From the human T2T-CHM13v2.0 reference genome, Homo sapiens, in the NCBI RefSeq assembly GCF_009914755.1, contig NC_060943.1: DNA of 64,000 nucleotides; one strand, given 5' to 3'. Position 1 is the first letter of the stretch. Every line of letters starts with the position of its first letter. Of the stretch, positions 60,185 to 64,000 are shown piece after piece. The position numbers and the translations under genes were made by a program. Below the pieces are notes generated by a model. It saw only the letters and a list, made by a program, of their open reading frames with translations, ran no database searches and had not been told where the DNA came from.

Positions 60185-62401
60185 TCACTGATAGTTATTT
60201 CTGTATAGAGTGTGCATTCTAGAATCTTACTAAAAATATTACATGTGCACAAAATACATAAAAGAATTGCACAATTAATCCAAATAATGATGGAGCCAGT
60301 ATTGGGAATAAGATAACTGCCTTACATTTTTTTATACTTTCACAACCTGGGTATGCATCCTCATCAGTATGTTTTATTTTTGCATGTTTTTCATGCAAAT
60401 GATAACCAATATGTGATATTTCATATTGGATTTTATTTTAACTCAGTTATGAACCTTATATGGAATGATAGTTAATTCACTTTCTTATTTAATGGGTTTT
60501 ATTATTTAGAACAGTGGTTATTTCCCCAAAACATTGAGCAGATAATCCACAGAGTTCCCGCAGTTTTCTTCCAGGCTCATAGTTCCTCCTGGCTTTTTTT
60601 TTTTTTTTTTTTTTTTGAGACAGAATCTCGCTCTGTTGCCCAGGCTGGAGGGCAGTGGCATGATCTCGGCTCACAGCAACCTCCGTCTCCCGGGTTCTAG
60701 CAATTCTTCTGCCTCAGCCTCCGGAGTAGCTGGGAATACAGGCACACACCACCACACCCAACTAATTTTTGTATTTTTAGTAGAGAGAGGGTTTCACCAT
60801 ATTGACCAGGCTGGTCTCGAACTCCTGACCTCATAATTCACCCACCTCAGCCTTCCAAAGTGCTGGGATTACAGGCGTGAGCCACCACGCCCAGCATAGT
60901 TTCCACTGTTTTAAACATCTTGACTGGCCAGGTGCTGAGCCTCATACCTGTAATCCTACCATTTAGGGAGGCCAAAGCAGGAGGATAGCTTGGACTCAGG
61001 AGTTGGAGGCCAGCCTAGGCAACATAGCAAGACCCTGTTTCAAAGAAAATAATTGTTTTAAACCAAAAAAACCATATTGACTTTGTGTAGTGTATCCTAC
61101 AACTTATGCAAGAACATATTACATGTGAACATGATGAAAATTGAAGAAGCCAATGTTATTATTACCTAAAGTCCATCTTTTACATTAGGCTTCACTCTTT
61201 GTGTTCTGTGGTTTAAGACAACTACATGTGTCATGTATCCACCATCACAGTCTTATACAGAAGCGTTTCACTGCCCTCAAAATCCCCTGTGCTCCTCCTA
61301 ATTCTATCTCTCCCTTCCCTCTTTTGCCACCCCTATTTATCCCTGGCAACAAATGGTGATGTTCCTGCCTCCGTTTTGCATTTTCCAGAATATCACATAT
61401 TTGGAATGATGCTGTAAGTGGCCATTTCAGACTTGCTTCTTTCATGTAAAAATATGCATTGAAGGTCTCTCGATACCTTTGTTGCTTGACAACTCACTTA
61501 TTTTTTATTTTTCTTTCTTTATCTAAAGATTTTTGTTTTGTGAGAGACAGGGTCTCAAACTCCCCAGCTCAGGTGATCCTCCTGCCTGAGCTTCCCAAAT
61601 GCCTGGATTCCACTTGTGAGCCACCATGTCCGGCCACTCATTTTCTTTCATTACTGAGTAACATTCCATTGTACAGATGTTACCATAGTTTGTTTCTTTA
61701 TTCATCTACTGAAAGACTCATCTTGAGCCTGGTGTGATGCCTCATCCCTGAGTTCCCAGCACACGGGAGACTGAGGTGAGATTGCTTAAGGCCAGAAGTT
61801 AGAGAACAGCCTGGTAGATACAGTGTGAGAACTTATCTATTTTTTTTTTTAAAGACTCACCTTGTTTGATTCTAGTTTTTGGCAGTTATGAGTAAGGCTG
61901 CTAAAAACATTTGTGGGAGGACTTTTGTGTGGACATCAGTTTTCAGTTCATTTGAGTCAATATGTAGGAATGAGACTACTGAATCAGTAAGACCATGCTT
62001 ATTTTCTTCAGAGCTCCACAGACTGTCTTCCAAATTGGCTGTAGAATTTTCCATTCACATCCCTAGTGAAGGAGAGTTCACTGTCTCCAGCATTTGGAAG
62101 TGTCAGTGTTTTGGATTTTAGCTACTCCACCAGGTATTTGCTGGTGCTTTATTTTTGTTTTCCTTTTTTTTTCCCTTTGGAGACGGAGTTTCGTTCTTGT
62201 TGCCCAGACTGGAGTACCATGGTGTGATTGAGCTCACTGCAGCCTCTGCCTCCCGGGTTTAAGCGATTCTCCTGACTCAGACTCCCAATTAACTGGGATT
62301 ACAGGTGTACGCCGCCATGCATGGCTGCTGTTCGTATTATTAGTAGAGACAGGGTTTCACCATGTTGTCCAGGCTGGTCTCAAACTTTTGACCTCAGGTG
62401 A

Positions 62402-62764
<363 letters not shown>

Positions 62765-63511
62765 TAGTCAGGCTGGTCTCAAACTCCTGACTTCGGTGAT
62801 CCACCCGTCTCTGCCTCCCAAAGTGCTGGGATTAAGGCATGAGCCACCGTAACCGGCCTTTTGCTTATTTTTTGATTGGTTGGTTTTTTTCTTACAGAAT
62901 TTTAGGAGTTCTTTATACCTTTTGGGTACAAATCCTTGATCAGATAGGTGTCTTGCAAATATTTTGTCCCTGTCTGCTGCCTCTCTTTTTCTTCTTTTAA
63001 CAAAGTCTTTTCCAAAACATTTTTGTTTTGAATGAAGTCCAATTTATCGATTTTCTCATTCACAGATCATGCTTTTTGTGTTGTGTGTGAAACCTTATTG
63101 CCAAATCCAAGGTCGTCTTGGTTTTCTCAGTGTTACGTTCTAGAAATTGTGAGTTTTGCATTTTCCATTTAAGTAAATGATTCATTAGGAAGTAGTTTTG
63201 TAAAAGGTGCAGTTCTGTGTCTAATTCATTTCTTTGCATTTGCTAATTCAGGTGTTTCAATACCATTTGTTTTGTGCCACCATGCCTAATTTTTTACTTT
63301 ATTATGGAGACAGGGTCTCCTTATGTTGCCCAGGCTGGTCTTGAACTGAGGGGCTCAAATGATCTGTCTGCCTTGGCCTCTGGGTTTGCATTTTTAGTAC
63401 ATGTCTTTATAGTAGATGTTTCTATGTTCCTAGTGCCTCTCTTGTCATCTTATGGAATCTTCTCTTTTATATTTAATTTATTGAGCATTTTTAATCATCA
63501 GGAGATATTAA

Positions 63512-63650
63512 CTTATTTATGCTGGAGGTTGCACTTTTTTGAATTGCCGACGTGTGAAAAATCAGACTTTGGCCATGACCTTAAGCAGTAGGATATAAAC
63601 AATTCCCACATGCTTAGCGTTCCAAAAAGGGAACACTAGGCATAAATTGG
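63512..63650 (+). mobile_element. MER85 (paralog of 26320-26458)
   Basis: 139 bp, TTAA on both sides, degenerate TIRs. Confidence 0.88.
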
Positions 63651-63654
63651 TTAA

Positions 63655-63998
<344 letters not shown>

Positions 63999-64000
63999 TG

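Overview
Primate (almost certainly human) Alu-dense DNA from a tandem KRAB zinc-finger cluster. I recognise it as the 19p13.2 ZNF440/ZNF439/ZNF69/ZNF700 region. The window holds two paralogous units (about 1.1-27 kb and 34.1-64 kb). Unit 1 carries a complete four-exon KRAB-C2H2 gene on + (ZNF439-like: 504 aa, 11 fingers, about 10 decayed fingers stranded in the 3' UTR). Unit 2 carries the CpG-island promoter, exon 1 and most of intron 1 of the next gene (ZNF69-like). A class C GPCR (V2R) pseudogene fragment lies between the units. Each unit has private retroviral insertions whose empty target sites can be read in the other unit. Unit 1 has a solo MER9-type LTR and an antisense intronic HERV-K(HML-3) provirus with a gag-pro deletion. 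Unit 2 has an internally deleted LTR10/HERV-I(P)-type provirus and a solo LTR5 (HML-2). The most notable observations are a strong APOBEC3-like G-to-A hypermutation signature in the HERV-I provirus, a roughly 110-bp Alu fragment apparently copied locally from an Alu 2 kb away, a second local templated duplication, and an open CA::G-patch fusion frame. I found no evidence of a wholly new multi-gene system. Repeat subfamily names and gene symbols are from recognition, not from searches. Only selected Alus are listed.
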